Positions 36,200 through 50,292 of a stretch of 64,000 nt of DNA are shown here, piece by piece. Under the pieces are notes generated by a model, which saw only the letters and a program-made list of their open reading frames with translations, had not been told where the DNA came from and did no database searches. A program made the position numbers and the translations under genes. The stretch is taken from contig MU271387.1 in NCBI GenBank assembly GCA_021432655.1, forward strand, positions 1-64,000, given 5' to 3'. The stretch comes from Atractiella rhizophila. Lineage: Eukaryota. How positions within the stretch are numbered: the stretch's first letter is position 1; each line of letters begins with the position of its first letter.

Positions 36200-38271
36200 T
36201 CACCGCCATCGTCCAAAGAACCTCATTGTCCGCTCCACCATCTCCACTGGTTCGGCCCCAATTTCCTCTGCTGCAACCTTGAAGACAAGGACAAGCACTC
36301 CCTGCGCGGCACAGTCCACAACGCTGGTCAAGATGGGTAGCGCATACATATCCGGATCGTAACCGAATTTCCAAAATAGATTGGTGAGGACAGACCCAAA
36401 TGTGAACGTGAACGCGAGACTGACAGCGTTCGAGCCTACGTAGAGAAGGAAGAACGGGAGCGAGATGGAAGAGAGCGAAAGTTGGTTGGTGAAGAGGGCG
36501 AAGAAGTAGAAGAGCGCAAGGATCACCCAGCCTATTGTGAAGAGGATGATTGCGAGCGGGACGAGTGGTTCTGGTTTCGAGGAGTGCAGAGAGGTCGTGA
36601 AGCGGGAAACGAAGATGGCGCCGAGATTTCCACACAGCCCTTGCCACACCAAACCAGTTCATCGTTTGCATGCCAGGAGGTGAAAGGTAAACTCACCAGT
36701 AACCACCAAACTAAAGAGAGGGAATCCCTCGAACCGATTAGCATATCTCTCGAGCACAAAACCAGTTCCGCTTGACACAATCATTGCTCCTAAAAGCGGC
36801 GACCATCCGCTCCCAAGCAATTCTTGCGTATATGCGTTCTTCCATGTGAGGACGAAATTGAGTGCGATCCAGCCAACGAGAAGGATGAAAACAAAGGTCG
36901 AAATAATCGTCCCTGTAGTTTGTTAGCATGGCTGTGAGCATGTGGTGGAAAGGTGAAGACGCACCCATAAAGTGCAGAAATGACGACGCGACGATTCCAA
37001 GGATTGTAAGCGTTATTAGATCTCCCAAAGCTCCAGCAACGGGAGTCGCGACGTTGTCTATCGCAAATGAGCATCAAACAAGGAGGTGAAGTTGACGCAA
37101 GACGCACCAGGGTTGATTTTCTTCCACCTGCAAAGGATTACAAGCCCACACATGAAGCTTCCAAGGATGGCGCTACTCAAACCTGCCGCAAGCATACTGT
37201 ATTCGCATATTTGATCAGCAAGGCACCATCCTGTTCAATAAATGTACCTAGCACAGAGTACCATGACTCCTTCGAAGTATCCTCCACGCACGCCTTCAAG
37301 ATCCCCTCCCTTGTAATTCGGGTGTTGAAGATGATGTTTAATACCATTTCGGCTTGCTAAACCCAGGATGAAGGCTATTACTCCGGAGAGGAAGGAGACG
37401 ATGAGCGCTTGTACTTGGAGAAGCGTCAGGTTGCCCATCAGTAGCGCTTGTCGTGTCCGGCGTACATCGAGCTCGCCGATGTTTGCCTTTTTTTAACCGT
37501 TAAACAAAAGAACTAAGTGAAAGAGAGAGGACACGGACGGATGTCGAGAACCGTGCTGCTAGGACCATTTCAAGATTCCCTTTGAGGTTTTGGAGGATAG
37601 GGACCAGAATGAAAAGCTCTTCTATCTGGACAAAAACTCGCCAGTTCTAGTGACATCTTTAGCTTCTCAGAAAGGGAATAAAAATGGGAGAAGCGAACAG
37701 CTAGCCGATTCAGAAGCTCGCCACTGAAGACAAGTCCCACCAAGCTCAACAGCAGGATGGGTAATGTCTCTGTAAACATTTCCCGCATGAACTTCCGATC
37801 CACAGCCTCCCATCCAACTTTTGTTCTTTCCTCTCTCCTCGCCACACCCAATCCCAAGCTCATCGAGGTGACACTTGCGCTTCTCGACCTAGTCCTCTTA
37901 TGTGTGAGTGGTTCGGAAATAAAATCATCGTCTTCCTCCTCTATCTCCAGCTCTTCATCTTCATGATCATATTCTCCTCTTCGTATCCTTTCTTTCTTGT
38001 CAAGAAGCCCATGAGCTTCAGACCCTTCGAACTGCTCATCTTCTTCGTCGAGGTATTCATCCTTTCTTTGCGTATATGACTGGGGTAACGGCGAGTGGTC
38101 GTTGGCTGAAAAAGGTTCGGTAGGTGAAGATGACAGGAGGGATTGCGTCTGAGTTGGAGAGAAGGACTGACCCGGGCCTGCGCCGGGATGCCCAGAACTT
38201 GAGGATGGATCGAGTGGGTGAGGAGCAAGGGGATCCAGCTTGATGGACGACAGCGATGGCGTTCGTGGCAT
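36200..38271 (-). CDS. SLC41/MgtE-type divalent cation (Mg2+) transporter
   Basis: ILVPILLNLKGNLEMVLAARFST, ANIGELD, GNLTLLQVQAL, GDLITL, GNLGAIFVSRFTT and GYDPDMYALPILTSVVD. Confidence 0.92.
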
Positions 38272-38920
38272 GTGTATTCGATACGTTACTTCCTTTATAA
38301 CAGACACAGGATGTGAGCAAGTTTGGCCAGATGAGCTTCCTGTGCCCCTTGTAACAACGGGCTAGACCGACTTGCAGTTCAGTGAACTGGAGGCATCATG
38401 CGAGCTCATTTCAAGTCCTCCGCGCTAAATCAGCTCAGAAATGCAAATTAGTCTGAACATCGAGGGATTAGTTATGCTCTGATGCTCGAATTGCAAATCA
38501 CATTGGTCGTGTGTGAAAGGAAAGCGACGAAGCAAGGTGCGACCCAACCGTTACGGAGAAACAAGATGGACTCACCCGCCTAGTTCTCAAATGCTGTCCA
38601 AGGATGCCACTTTTCGTTAAAGCTCCTCCAGCTGCACCACCACTCCCAGGAGTCGTTTCAGTGTGCGTTTCAATGCCGTCACTACCAGCCACGACAGTGG
38701 TAGTTTTCCGCGGTTACATGACCACCAATACTTCACGTGCTCCTCAAGTCTTCACTCTTTACTCCGTCAGCAACACCTCCTCTGTAGGTTTCTCAAGAAG
38801 GGGGAGCTGCTGAGAGGTGCCAAATGATAATACGTTAGAAGCGAAGCTTCTATTCTAATTGGGTTTGATGTGAAAAGCACGGATATCCAATTGAGAATAG
38901 CAAAATCTAAATACACTCCA

Positions 38921-41900
38921 TCACACAGAACCCTCAGGGAAAGCAAAGTCGGTCTGATCCTGAATTTGCTGTCCTCCCGCAACGAAGGCGATTCGAAGCC
39001 GTAACCGCACATTTGTCTAGAAGAAAATGACAGGTGAGCACTTTGCCGCAATAATAGAGAGAGTACGAACTCCTCCAGGTGCTTGTATCCGCATCTGTTG
39101 CGTCTCTGTAGCTCCAGGATTGACATTCGGGTTAGAGATTGGCGACATAGCCAATTTTTGATTCTGTGCAAAACCTTGAGCGTTGAAGGGAGATAAGGAA
39201 AAAGCGCACCTTTGGGACAGCGGCTTGAAAGTTGATGTTACCTAACGGCTGTCCACCAACAGCCGTGAACTGTGCCAGAACAAGTACGAGGTCTGGCTGG
39301 TTCCTGTTCCGCTGGGGAGTCAGGCTGATGCGCAAGCCATTGTTTTCGTATGCGGTGAAAGATTGCATCTGTGGTTGCGCTGGCGGCTGGGGAGGCCGCG
39401 ACGCAGCAGGGGCTGGCGAGCTATCGAAGAGGTTGACGGGGGCACCACCCATAGGCGGCGATTGGACAGGAAGTGTGGCAGCAGGAGATTGAGCTGGCTG
39501 GCCAGGTCCAAAAAGACCCAAGATGTCGTCAATGGTGGAGGTAGGAGGGGCAGCAGCCGGTGGAGGTGAAGCTGAGTTGTCCCCGCCGCCGAAGATATCA
39601 GCAAGAAGGTCTTGGTTGGAAGGTCCCGAGGGCTGTTGAGATGTCGGCGCGATCTCGTCACCGATAAGGTCGTCCACCGTCTTCCCAGAATATTTCAGTC
39701 AAACTAATCAAGACGTCAAAGAGATCGCACATCTTTGGTTCGTTTCGTCGATCCTACATCGCGCTTCTCGCTCACTGCCATAGACTTAGCATGCCGCGGC
39801 ACAATGAAATGGTATGGGCTTACCAGTCCCCATGACAGTAGCCTTTAGTTCCGGAGGCGGCATTCTCTCCAACAGACCGACGCGTAACGAGTCGAGGTTC
39901 AGAAGATGCTCGAACTCAACCGAACGCTGCTGCAATTCTACCTCCAAGCTCGTCTCATACTTGCTAAGAATGGCTTTGATCCTATTAAGCTGCACCGGGT
40001 CAGAGGAGAAACGTGTCGACAGCTTGGTGACCGTCATGACACCGTATTGGCGGATCATGGGATTGGAATAAGGCGAGCCGACGATGGTCTCCACCAAGTC
40101 CATGACGTCGGATTCTCGCACCTACGCCCTCATGTAAACATCTCGCAATACTTTCCTGGCTTTCACGAACCTCCTTTTGCTGCTCATCTTCTTCGTATGT
40201 CCCAGCTTGAAGCAAAATCTCTCCGAATTCACCCATAACCCACAACCCACAGATGGTCAACGCCTCCTGTGATACATCGGCTTTGAGCGCAGCATAAAGT
40301 TTCTGGACCGTGTAAAGTTGAAGCTCGGGGGTATGGGTGACCAAACGAATAAAACTTGAAATGACTTCTTCGCGAACATAGTTGCCCGCCTTAATTGGAA
40401 AGTTAGTATGGCCGTATGTAGAGAAAGATGTTAAGTGAACACACCAGCTTAAGGACTCTCAGAACTGTATCAATGTGCCACCTCTTATTTGGCGCGTATC
40501 GTTCAGCTGCTAAGCAGATCTGGGTCGTCATCCCAAGCTTGAACTCGTTGTCTGCCACCTCTAAGAATGCTAGTAGTTCTCTAGTCAACACCCGGACATT
40601 ATCTTCCTTGATCAGAGCGTAGGAAAGCTCAAGCGCTCGTCGACGAATGGAAATATCGCCATCTCGCAGACAGTCGAGGATGATGGATCGATGCCGTTGG
40701 ACAGCTTGATTGTCAATGGCGACGACTTTGTTGAGGGTGTTGAGAGCAACGTAACTGGTTCAAGCCAACAATAAGTGGACGGTTTGGGAAAGAGAGAAAC
40801 GGTGAAGCGCACCGAATGTTATTATCCCTATTACTGAGAAATTTTCCAAGAATGTTGATAGCCATCACACGCAACCCTGAGTCGGCTTCAATGTCGAGAA
40901 TAGTCAAGGTAGTCTCATAGAGGATAGCATTGCCAACGTTCTTGCTCGAATCCGTATTTTGGGCAACCTTTACTGACCCTTCAGCGAGTCGTCCTTGAAA
41001 CTGGACGGGCATACAGAAGCAAGGATATCATTCATGGCTTCACTGGCCTCCACATCTCCCTTCCCCAAAATTCGGAGCAGCCGAAGAATCTTGACCTATA
41101 TGACCGGTCATCAATGCATGTCATGAGACAAAACAGCTGGCTCACCTGAAGGAAAGGATCGGTAATACCACTGACATCATGTTCTGGGCTGTACCCGGTA
41201 GAAACGAGAGCTTTAAGATGTTTGACGAGAATGGGTACGGCTTTTTCGGCACCACCAAATTCTCGTGCCACGTTCTCGTCAATCTTGCACATCTCAGTGA
41301 CGAGAGTGACACCACAGAGAAGAACGCCGTGATTTCGATCGGAGAGCAGGGAAGTTATTCGCGGGATGAAATGATCTATGAGTTCAGGAACACGCTTGAC
41401 GACACGGAGAGCGCAGAGGGCAGCCTGAAGTGTCATCGCATCAGTTTCCTCTCCTCATGACAACTGCGACGAGAGAACACTACCTTTTTCCGAATGTAAG
41501 TATTGCTGCTTCCCAGAAGCTTTTCTATCTCGTTCACCAAATCCCGAGCCATTTCTTCCGATGCAATGTTCGTGAAGATGCACAGCGCAAGTCCAACAAC
41601 ATACATATTGTGGTGATTCATATCACTTTCCACGCACGCATCTCATTAATCGCTCAGCAGCCTAACTCTGACGAGAAGACCTACTTCTTTAGTGAATTAG
41701 TAACCAGAGTCAACACCTCCTGCTTTTCATCCAACAGCACTCCAACTCCTAAATATCCTAGCCTCTTATCCGCAAATTTTGCACCACCTGGTCCACCACC
41801 AGTTGCGCTTCCGCCTCCCCCAGCACCTGCAACGAGTTTCAAGCATTCGATCTGTCCAAAATGCGCGGGATAACCGAGCATATGGATGTAGAGAAGCTTC

Positions 41901-42192
41901 GCGATATTATTGTGCAGGTCCGCCGGTGTGTTGATTCCAGCAACACCAGCCGCAATGTTGAGATACGGAGCAAGAGAGGAACCAGATGCCGTAGTGAGAG
42001 TGGTGGTGGGGGTTTTGAAGGAGGTGCGGATGTCAGCTGACTCTTTCGTGATGAGAGCACGTTCATCGGACAGCGTTTTTGTGGCACGAATGGCCTTGAT
42101 TAAAGCTTAGAAACGACATTTGATGAGGATCAAACCCATTACACAAGGTGGAAGACAGGAAGGAATGGCGCACACTTGAGGTTGTAATACAT
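38921..42192 (-). CDS. APL4: AP-1 complex gamma adaptin
   Basis: [74 protein letters not shown] and ear domain [10 protein letters not shown]. Confidence 0.96.
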
Positions 42193-42530
42193 CTTTTTTC
42201 ACCAAATGGCTTCCAGAAAATCGTGAGATCCGTATCCCTATACCGCGTAGAGACACCGAAGGGGCGTAAGAGCTGGATTGAGCCAGTTTCTCGTTCCTGA
42301 GGTTGTTCGTTTCGTGGCAGCGCTCCGCTCTCTTCCCTCTTAGATTAGGCCCCTCATGCAAGCAAGCAGGCCCCTTACATTTGTTGCTTTCAAGTCACTT
42401 CCACCAAGTCACTGGCAGAAATCAGCTCGAAAACACGAAATAGTGCATGAACATTGCTGAAGACATATAAGCAGTCACCATCTTTGCTCTCACCAAAACC
42501 TTCAATACTCCCTCTGCAAGTTGCAGCACC

Positions 42531-44554
42531 ATGGCGTCAGCATCCGCGCCAGCCCTCGACCTTCTCTCTCTTCCCACGGAGCTCATCGAGCACATCTTTG
42601 AGCTCGTACCAACCCACATTGACCCTTCCCACGACTGGGGAAGGTGGAAATGGATCCAGACTCGTTACAACGAACTTCGGAGCCTTTGTCTAGTTTCTAA
42701 AGCTCTCCTGCCCATCGCTCAACGTTTGTTATACCAAGTCATCCACATCCACGTCTTCCGAGAATTCGAGCCGGAAGTACCTCCCCGAGAATATGTAACC
42801 GAAATCATTCTCGACATTTCAGACGCCACTTCCACCTCGGAAGTGCAAGCCTCGTTTGGTGATCAGGTCCTCGAAAACCAAGAGGTGGAGCTGTCGTCAA
42901 GACATCCTAGACAAAGGCAACTGAAGCGGACACAGCTGGAAGTGATGATGGAGGTTTTCGAGCAGAAGCCCGAGTTTGGGACCTACGTTAAATCCTTACA
43001 GATCGATATCGACAACTTCGTGAACGAGAAGAACAACATTGCTCTCGCCAAACTCGGTTTTTTCCTTCCGACTCTCAAATACCTCTATCTCTCTACGTAT
43101 GACACGAGCATCATGGCTGAAGCAATGGAACTGCTCGGATCATTCAACCATATTCGCTCTTTTCGGTTTGTCTCCCCACTCTTCCTGTAGTTGCCGCTCA
43201 CAGGATGAATCATGTTAGGTATTATGGTGGCTACTCGTCACGCGGAAACGATGTATTCGCAGTTTTAGCACGTTTCCTATCTCGATGTTCCGATTTGAAA
43301 GACCTGTCCCTGATCTCCTATTACTTCGACGACGACCAAAGTAATCCAGTATCCACACTTCCACTCCCTGAATTCCAGCTGTCCCACCTCACACTCGACA
43401 ACTACAATCCGAATGGCCATCAACCCTCTTCCTCACAAGACCAATTCGAGCGTTGGATCCTCTCTTCCACCGCCGCCGCTAACCCTCCAACCTTGACCTC
43501 TCTATCATTACACAACAACAACCACGCTTCAGTACTCGCTTCCGTCGGTGCCTCGCTCCAAAGAATACATTTCGGTCGCCGAATAGATTACCTTCGGGAC
43601 TTCCCAACTCTTGATCCATCATTCAAGCATCTCCGGAATCTATCGTACCTCAATCTGCCCGCCACAGCTCTTGTGCATGTCCTTTCCAGCATTCTCCTTC
43701 CTAATTGCCCAAATCTGGAGAAGTTAGTCATTGAGAAAATGCACCATCGATTCCACAGAAACGGTCGACTAATTCCACACTTCAAGCTCGCTCACTTGGC
43801 CCTAGAAGAGCTAGTGGAAAGGGTGGGAGAAGGAAAGGTTGGGCGTCCGTTGACAGAGTTCTGGTTGAAGCAGAAGAAGATTCCTGAACACGGTTCACGG
43901 CATGGTGCATTTCAAATGTGGACCTGGTTTTTGGATACGCGGAATTGGCTAGTTCAGAAGGGGGTTCGGACGATGTTGATGGAGTACGTTTGTTGGCCAT
44001 GTACGGGGGTCACGGCTCTGACATTGGATGGTAGTTACGACGAGGATCACGGGGTGTATTATATCGCGCCATCGATAGACGAGCATCTCGAGAACGAGAA
44101 TGAGGAATACCTGCGTGCCCTCTCAAAACTGGACCCTTTCACTGGGGACTACACTCCTCCGCCAAGGGTGGAAGAAGAAGAGGAAGAGGAAGAGTTGCAG
44201 AGCTTTGCCCCGCCGAGAGTATTCCAACTCGATGCCGCTCAAATGCAAGAGAACGAAGAATTTCTCTACGGGTTGATGGGGATCGATTGGGACTATCTCG
44301 AAGAGGACTCTTCCTCCCTCGCCTCAGTGGGCGGTGGCTACGATTTATTCAATTTCAATTTGCTTTTCTCTGATCCTATGGACGAAGGAGTTGAAGAAGA
44401 AATGTCGTCTCCCACTTTGGGAGACGCGGAAGTGGCCGAGACGAGGGATTCTTTGGGCAGCCCAAGGGGGAGTGGGACGTCGGTTGAAATCGAGAGCGCG
44501 TCGTCTGGCTCAGGTGTGAGTGGATCGGGTTCCAGTGGCATCAACGGTTCTTGA
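42531..44554 (+). CDS. F-box protein with LRR-like region and acidic tail
   Basis: N-terminal LLSLPTELIEHIFEL...LRSLCLVSKALLPIAQRLLY, then LxxLxL repeats (LKYLYL, LKDLSL, LSHLTL, LEKLVI). Confidence 0.75.
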
Positions 44555-44786
44555 ATTTCAGATCTTGAATTTTCGTGCTTCATGGTTTATGGAATGTTTA
44601 TATTTGCTAAATGGCTAACTTCCTATCAGGATGGGGTCGTCTACCATGTAACAATAGGCCAGTAATTTTATGTACTTTGGAAGGCAAGACGACGTGATAA
44701 CTCAATGCATATTGAAAGAAATGTCGCATTAGACGTACTCATCATAATTACACTTTTCACTCCTTCCGTATCACTCATCTCCCCTC

Positions 44787-45893
44787 TCATTTCGATCTCC
44801 TGCTCAATCCCCTCACGCCGCCTTCCGTCTCCTCCCACCTCCATTCCCACTCCGCATCCTTCTCCAAATACCTAGCCCACCACCAGACGACGGGAATCGT
44901 ACTAAGATGCCACAGGGAATGGGCATCAAAAAGCCTTTGCTTCGTTGGCCAAGGTTGGAATTCGAGCATCTCCAGACCAGTGAGGGCGGCGAGGACGAGT
45001 AGGGGAGGCAGAGGCGAAGGAGGGGCGGGAGTCATGGGCGAGGAGCGGGGTCTGGAGTATAGGGAGAACTTCTTGTCTTCAGCGGGGCTGAGGTACCACC
45101 AAACGTATCGAGCGAGGGTGAGGCCGGCGACGATGAGGTTGAACTTCATGTTGTATCCGTACGGGAATCGGTGCGCGAAAGTGAGGATGGAGGTGTGGAC
45201 TCCGAAGAGGACGAGACAGGCGAGTTTCCAGAGGTTGGCGACTCGTTGGGACGAGCGGAAGTGGAATCGGTTCGTTCGGCTGACGCAGAGGTAGAAGGCG
45301 TAGATGGTTCCGAGGGAAGCAGAGAAGTAGTCGAGCCTCTCCGTCCGTCGTGTGTCGCGGGTGTGGAAGACGATGGACCAGACCCAAGTGTTGATTCCCA
45401 CGTAGCTCAATCCGATATACGTGTTCCTGAGCCTCCTCAAGCTCTCGCTGCTCGCCGGCAAGGTCCTCCTGAGCCTCATCAAAGCCGCGATGTGGACGAG
45501 GAGGTTCCCAATCGAGAACAAGGTGGACATGGGTTCCTGAACGAAGCGCCATCTCTTGAGTGGCCACTTGCCATAGAACTGGGTCATTCGTCCCAGCGGC
45601 AGGCCTTCGATTTTGTGATCCTCCTGGACCACGATCTGACCGGCCCTCTCGTGGTTCTTCCAGATCAAAGCGATCTCGGTCATCTTTTGCTGACACTCGT
45701 AATGACAATCATCGTCGCAGCTCCAGAACCGTGGAATCTTCGCTTGTCGAGGGAAGCGTGTGTCTCGGCAGGACCGCTCGCAGTCGTAGTGACATTTTCG
45801 GTAGCCGATGGAGCGGTCACCGACGGAAGAGAAGGCAACGGGGATGAGGGAGAGAAGGAGAAGGAAGGCTGGGATCGGTTGTAGGTTTCGCAT
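44787..45893 (-). CDS. PER1: Per1/PGAP3 GPI remodelling protein
   Basis: Intronless 368 aa with SVGDR, WSCDDDCHYECQ, QFYGKWP, QEPMSTLFSIGN, WSIVFHTRD, ERLDYFSA and FDAHSLWHLST. Confidence 0.96.
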   Translation of the reverse strand: MRNLQPIPAFLLLLSLIPVAFSSVGDRSIGYRKCHYDCERSCRDTRFPRQAKIPRFWSCDDDCHYECQQKMTEIALIWKNHERAGQIVVQEDHKIEGLPLGRMTQFYGKWPLKRWRFVQEPMSTLFSIGNLLVHIAALMRLRRTLPASSESLRRLRNTYIGLSYVGINTWVWSIVFHTRDTRRTERLDYFSASLGTIYAFYLCVSRTNRFHFRSSQRVANLWKLACLVLFGVHTSILTFAHRFPYGYNMKFNLIVAGLTLARYVWWYLSPAEDKKFSLYSRPRSSPMTPAPPSPLPPLLVLAALTGLEMLEFQPWPTKQRLFDAHSLWHLSTIPVVWWWARYLEKDAEWEWRWEETEGGVRGLSRRSK

Positions 45894-47139
45894 AATAACT
45901 ATTGATGTGAACGGCTGCAGAAAAACACAGGATTAGCGGTATTCTAGAGTTAGAAATCAAATGAAAGTGGAATGGCTGAAGTTGATGGTAGCTCATCTAC
46001 ATCAAACTGCAATGAGAAGAAACGACGGTCTCACAACACCTGCAAGTATTCTTCGGAAATTGTTCAAGCTGGCATAACGTCACAGAAAATTCGGAAAACA
46101 CCGTAGAACTCTAATCCCTGATCCACAGGTCGACGTTTGAGGCATTCTCAGAGGGTGAGCTTATAGACCACCACTCATCAATCCATTTGGCTCCGTTTGA
46201 TTTTTTTTTTTCTAACAGCTCTCACAACAAGGCCTTATAAGTCTTCCTCAAGAGAAAATTTACCCCTCTCTTAACATAATACATCCTCAATTGATGCGCT
46301 GAGCAACAACAAGAGGGAATGGGGACTGCAACGTGTCGAGTTAGGAAACGAAACGCTTACTTGTTTCCCCAATATCTTCAACCCGCGAGTTCACCAATGC
46401 AAATGCCAAATTTCTAAATCGTTTCTGACCACGTAGCAGCAACCAGAGGCTTATAAAATCGTGAGCAACACAGCACCCTCACCGCTTAAGCGAAACGTGT
46501 CAACCTAGACTAAGCTCAGTCTTGGTGCTCCAAATGCGTAGTTCCGTGACTAAGGGAAAACCCCGGACGGAGATGCTACACGAAGCCCACGGGTTGGTTT
46601 CGATTCGAGTCTTTGCGAGTGTCTTGTCTTCGCGACTTGCAAGACGCGTAATCGACGCAGCAGCGAGGGACGTGTAGGGGCACTTCACATAAAAAGCTGA
46701 TTGCAGGCACCCGAGTTCGCCTTCCCTTCGGCCAAGCGAAGTGCGGCGAAGCTACCCGACCCTTCGAGAAGCCGGCCAGACTCCCCTTGAAGCTTGAAGC
46801 CATCCTAAGCATAAAAGGACTTTCGGCACCCACACCAGTGGCAAATCTAAGCATTAACGATCCTCGTCGATCTAACCACGTCCAACACCAACACCAACAA
46901 AGACAAAGAACGCCCGCATCTGGACCTCTTGCACCTTGCCCTGCCTTCGGAATTGTGGGGAAACCTTATCGCTACTTAGTCATCGGAGCGTGACTTCATC
47001 TTCTTCTCAGAGTCGCATCCGCATCCAAAAAACGACCAACTACAACAAGCAACTCGCTCCCTATCAGTGTCTCGAGTCTCCCACAACGACGATTAACGAA
47101 ACTCAAACGAGTAAGTCGCAGGGAGAAGCTAGAGAAGAG

Positions 47140-49858
47140 ATGGGTGACATTTCAGGGACAGTTTCTTCAGCTTCTCACGAAGATCAGGTCCTGGATTGGG
47201 AGTCCTTCTTCTTCGACTCTAACGATCTGCCTCCAACCCCTCCTCTCGAAGAGTACTCTTCCAGCGCTAGCAATAGCGATACGCAGAGTTTGGAAGAGGT
47301 ACGCGAATTACCCTTGCTCCAAGAAGGGTCTGAACAAGACAATCTGAACGACCTCTTCAATTGTCTCAGCTTCCCTCTCTCCCTTGACGAGGAACCGACA
47401 GACCCAGTCTTCTGCTTCCACGTCAACGAAAACTGCTTGAAAATCCATCAGGACGCTCAAGAACTAGTCGATTGCCCTTACTACCAGGCTTCACAGCACA
47501 AGGGAAAGGAAAGTATGGCGGGAGCGGGAGATTTTACTATTTTTCAACAACAAGGGTTCGGAAAAGGTCAAAGGGAACAAGATGTGTATCCTGAAGGTGA
47601 GTGCTCACGTTTTCGTCATCTTGAGCGAGAAGACTGGTGTGAGATGGGGATCGGAACTGACAATGATGTCATGTTGCCAGGCTTCGGTGGAGACTTCATG
47701 TCCCCGCCGACGGCGTATCAATCCCTATGCACCGATGGCTCGACGCCCTCCTCCATGATATCTGATCATTCCGCTTCTTCGGTAGCCTCCGATGTTGCCG
47801 AGCCTCAAGAACTCCAACCCCTTCCTCAACAGTCATACTCATTCAAAAATACAGTCTACGACCCGATGCCCGCTACGTTCACCTTTCAGCAGCCAATCCC
47901 TAAACAAATCAACAGACCCCCTCAACTTCAGCTCAACACAATCAACGTCCCTGCAGGCTCGTCCCTGTCTTCCCTGTCTTCCAGCTCCGCTTCTCCGTCC
48001 CGAGCCAACTTTCAACCATTTCATCGATCCCCTCTCGTCCCTCGCACGTTAACACCTTCCACTTACGCAGCTTCCGATGTGGAAAGTGAGGCGCGAGAGC
48101 AATCGATGACTCCGACACAGATGACGAGTCAAGCGAGGGGCAGAAGAATGATGACTCCCACCGCTCTCCAACTATTGACGGACAAGATCTCGCACGGACA
48201 GCCCCGACTCAAGTCACCCCTGCTATCCTCCTTTTCGTACGAACCCACAATCATCAGCAACGGAGAAGTCGTGGACGGGCATGGAGGTCGGTCCTCCTCT
48301 CTTCCTCTTTCTCCATACCCATCCTTCCCTTTCGTAGTCGATCGTTCCGTGCCCACGACCTCCGCTGCGTCCCTCCCCAGTTCTCCGGCAAGCATTGTCC
48401 TGTCCTCCATCACACGTGAACAGGAGGAAGCAATGAAACGTCGCACCGTCTCTCCCAAAGAAGCTTTCGTGGATTATGACGACGTGACTCGCGAAAACGA
48501 AGGGCACGACCGTATCGTCGGTAAACTCTTCGCACCCATGCCGAGCTCGAGGTACGACCATCTTCTGAACAAGGGGAAAGGGAAGGGGAAGGGGAAGAAA
48601 TCAGAGAAGGAAGAGAAGGAGGAGGATGTCATTGGCACGAAAGAAGATGGAGAGAGGAAAGACTTCCTGACGATGCCTCCTTCGGCTGTTTCTTGGCCCC
48701 CAACTTCGAGATCTGGGTCACGAAGCAGAGACAAAAGCCCACGACAAAGAGTTTACTCTCAGTCCCCTGACCCGATGCCAACCGAGATGGTGGAAGATAA
48801 GAGCGGAGGACCTAACAATGGGGAGAAGCAGGATAAAAGCAGCTTCTCCAGTAACGGGACGGCGGATACGGCTTCAAGCTTCTCGACGATTGAGAGGGAA
48901 GAAGAGCAGAATGAGGAGGAGGAGGAGGCCGATCTGAAAGCGCTGGATACTCCTTCAATTGTGGAGAGCAGCGATGGTGCGGAGGAGGAGGAGCATGCGG
49001 AAGCGAGGAGGGAGGAGATCGATCCAGATCTTTGGGGTGGAAGGTTGGGAACCCCTTCATCGACTTCGACAGCTAGAGGCAAGGGGACTCCAAAGGGGAC
49101 TCCAAAGTCCACACCAAGGGGGAAGAGGATGAAGAAGACGAAGGCGGGTCAGTATAGCGTGGTTGAGCAAGATTGGGAGGGAGATATTGAAATGGGAGAG
49201 TCGGATGCGGTGGGAGACGTGGAAGGTGCTGAGGAGCAAGCGGAGGGGGAACGAGGAGAACAGCACACTTCGCCGGTTCAACCTGCCCCTGCCCCAGATC
49301 CTCCCCACCAATCCCGTCCCCCGCGTACGCCGTCCAGCTCTCGAGCTGCTCCGTCGTCTCGCCGAGAACAACCCGTCGAAGATTTGTCGTGGCTCAATCA
49401 GCCAAAGAAACGAACGGCAGCAGAGATGGATGATGAGGATGAGAATAATGAGGACGCGGATGCCGATCCCGATTTTGATGAAGAGGAGGAGGAGGAGGAG
49501 GAATATGATGGCGGAAGTTCGAGAAGAGGTCGGACTGCTAAAGGAGGAACGTCGCGTCCTACGAAGAGATCGAAAGCTGGAGAAGGAACTTCCAAGTCAG
49601 CACCTGTTGGCGCGATCATCTGCGATGTCAGATTGCCGAACGGACAGATATGTGGGACTCACTTTAGGAGGTACGTCTGCGTCCTGTTTCCTCTGCCCAT
49701 TGACCAGGAACTGACATTGATTCTGTAGACCTTACGATCTCGACAGGCATAAGGCGACATTGCACGCTGCTGAAAAGCCCGAATGGATATGCGAGGTCTG
49801 CGGCGGCAAGTTTTCTCGTAAGGACGCGAAAATCAGGCATCAACGAAGGCACAAGTGA
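47140..49858 (+). CDS. C2H2 zinc-finger transcription factor with long disordered N-terminus
   Basis: After splicing the 49671-49728 intron the C-terminus reads CDVRLPNGQICGTHFRRPYDLDRHKATLH...WICEVCGGKFSRKDAKIRHQRRHK* (two fingers). The start is uncertain because the ORF is open from 46936. Confidence 0.85.
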
Positions 49859-50292
49859 ACACGGCTCTACTAGTACGAACTTCCAATCAGTCAGTTCTTA
49901 ATGATCACACATCTTCGCATTTCTCAAATTGAACCCAATTCTTCTCCTGTCTAAACGCGTTTGTGACAATCTACTTCAGTAATCTTTTTCATTCTTAGTT
50001 TGCGGTGTCTACTTGATCAGTTATTAGTTTTGTTCTCGGTTTGCTAAGGAATTGTTTTGCGATGAAAACACAAGCTTGTATTTGTATTACCATTCCTGTT
50101 TATTCAAACCGTGAGCGAAGATGTAGATCATGCATTGTTTAGAGATTAATTCCAAGTCGGGGTAACAAAATAAACCTGGCCTCCTTTACGAAACACAAAT
50201 CAGAGTGCAACTTGTGAAGTAAGATACTCGGAAAGCATTATAACTGAACGACATATGTGCAAGAGTGTCGATGACAGTTTATTTGTAACAGT

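Noticed and set aside
44980..45884. Long overlapping ORFs antisense or out of frame to PER1 (likewise to MRPS8, TAF6 and the kinase)
   Set aside because: These are shadow ORFs from GC-rich codon usage of the real genes and carry no independent motifs.
48570..49510. Short repeats GGGAAG, GGGACTCCAAAG and GAG runs
   Set aside because: They encode KG, TPKG and poly-Glu low-complexity protein sequence, not DNA elements.
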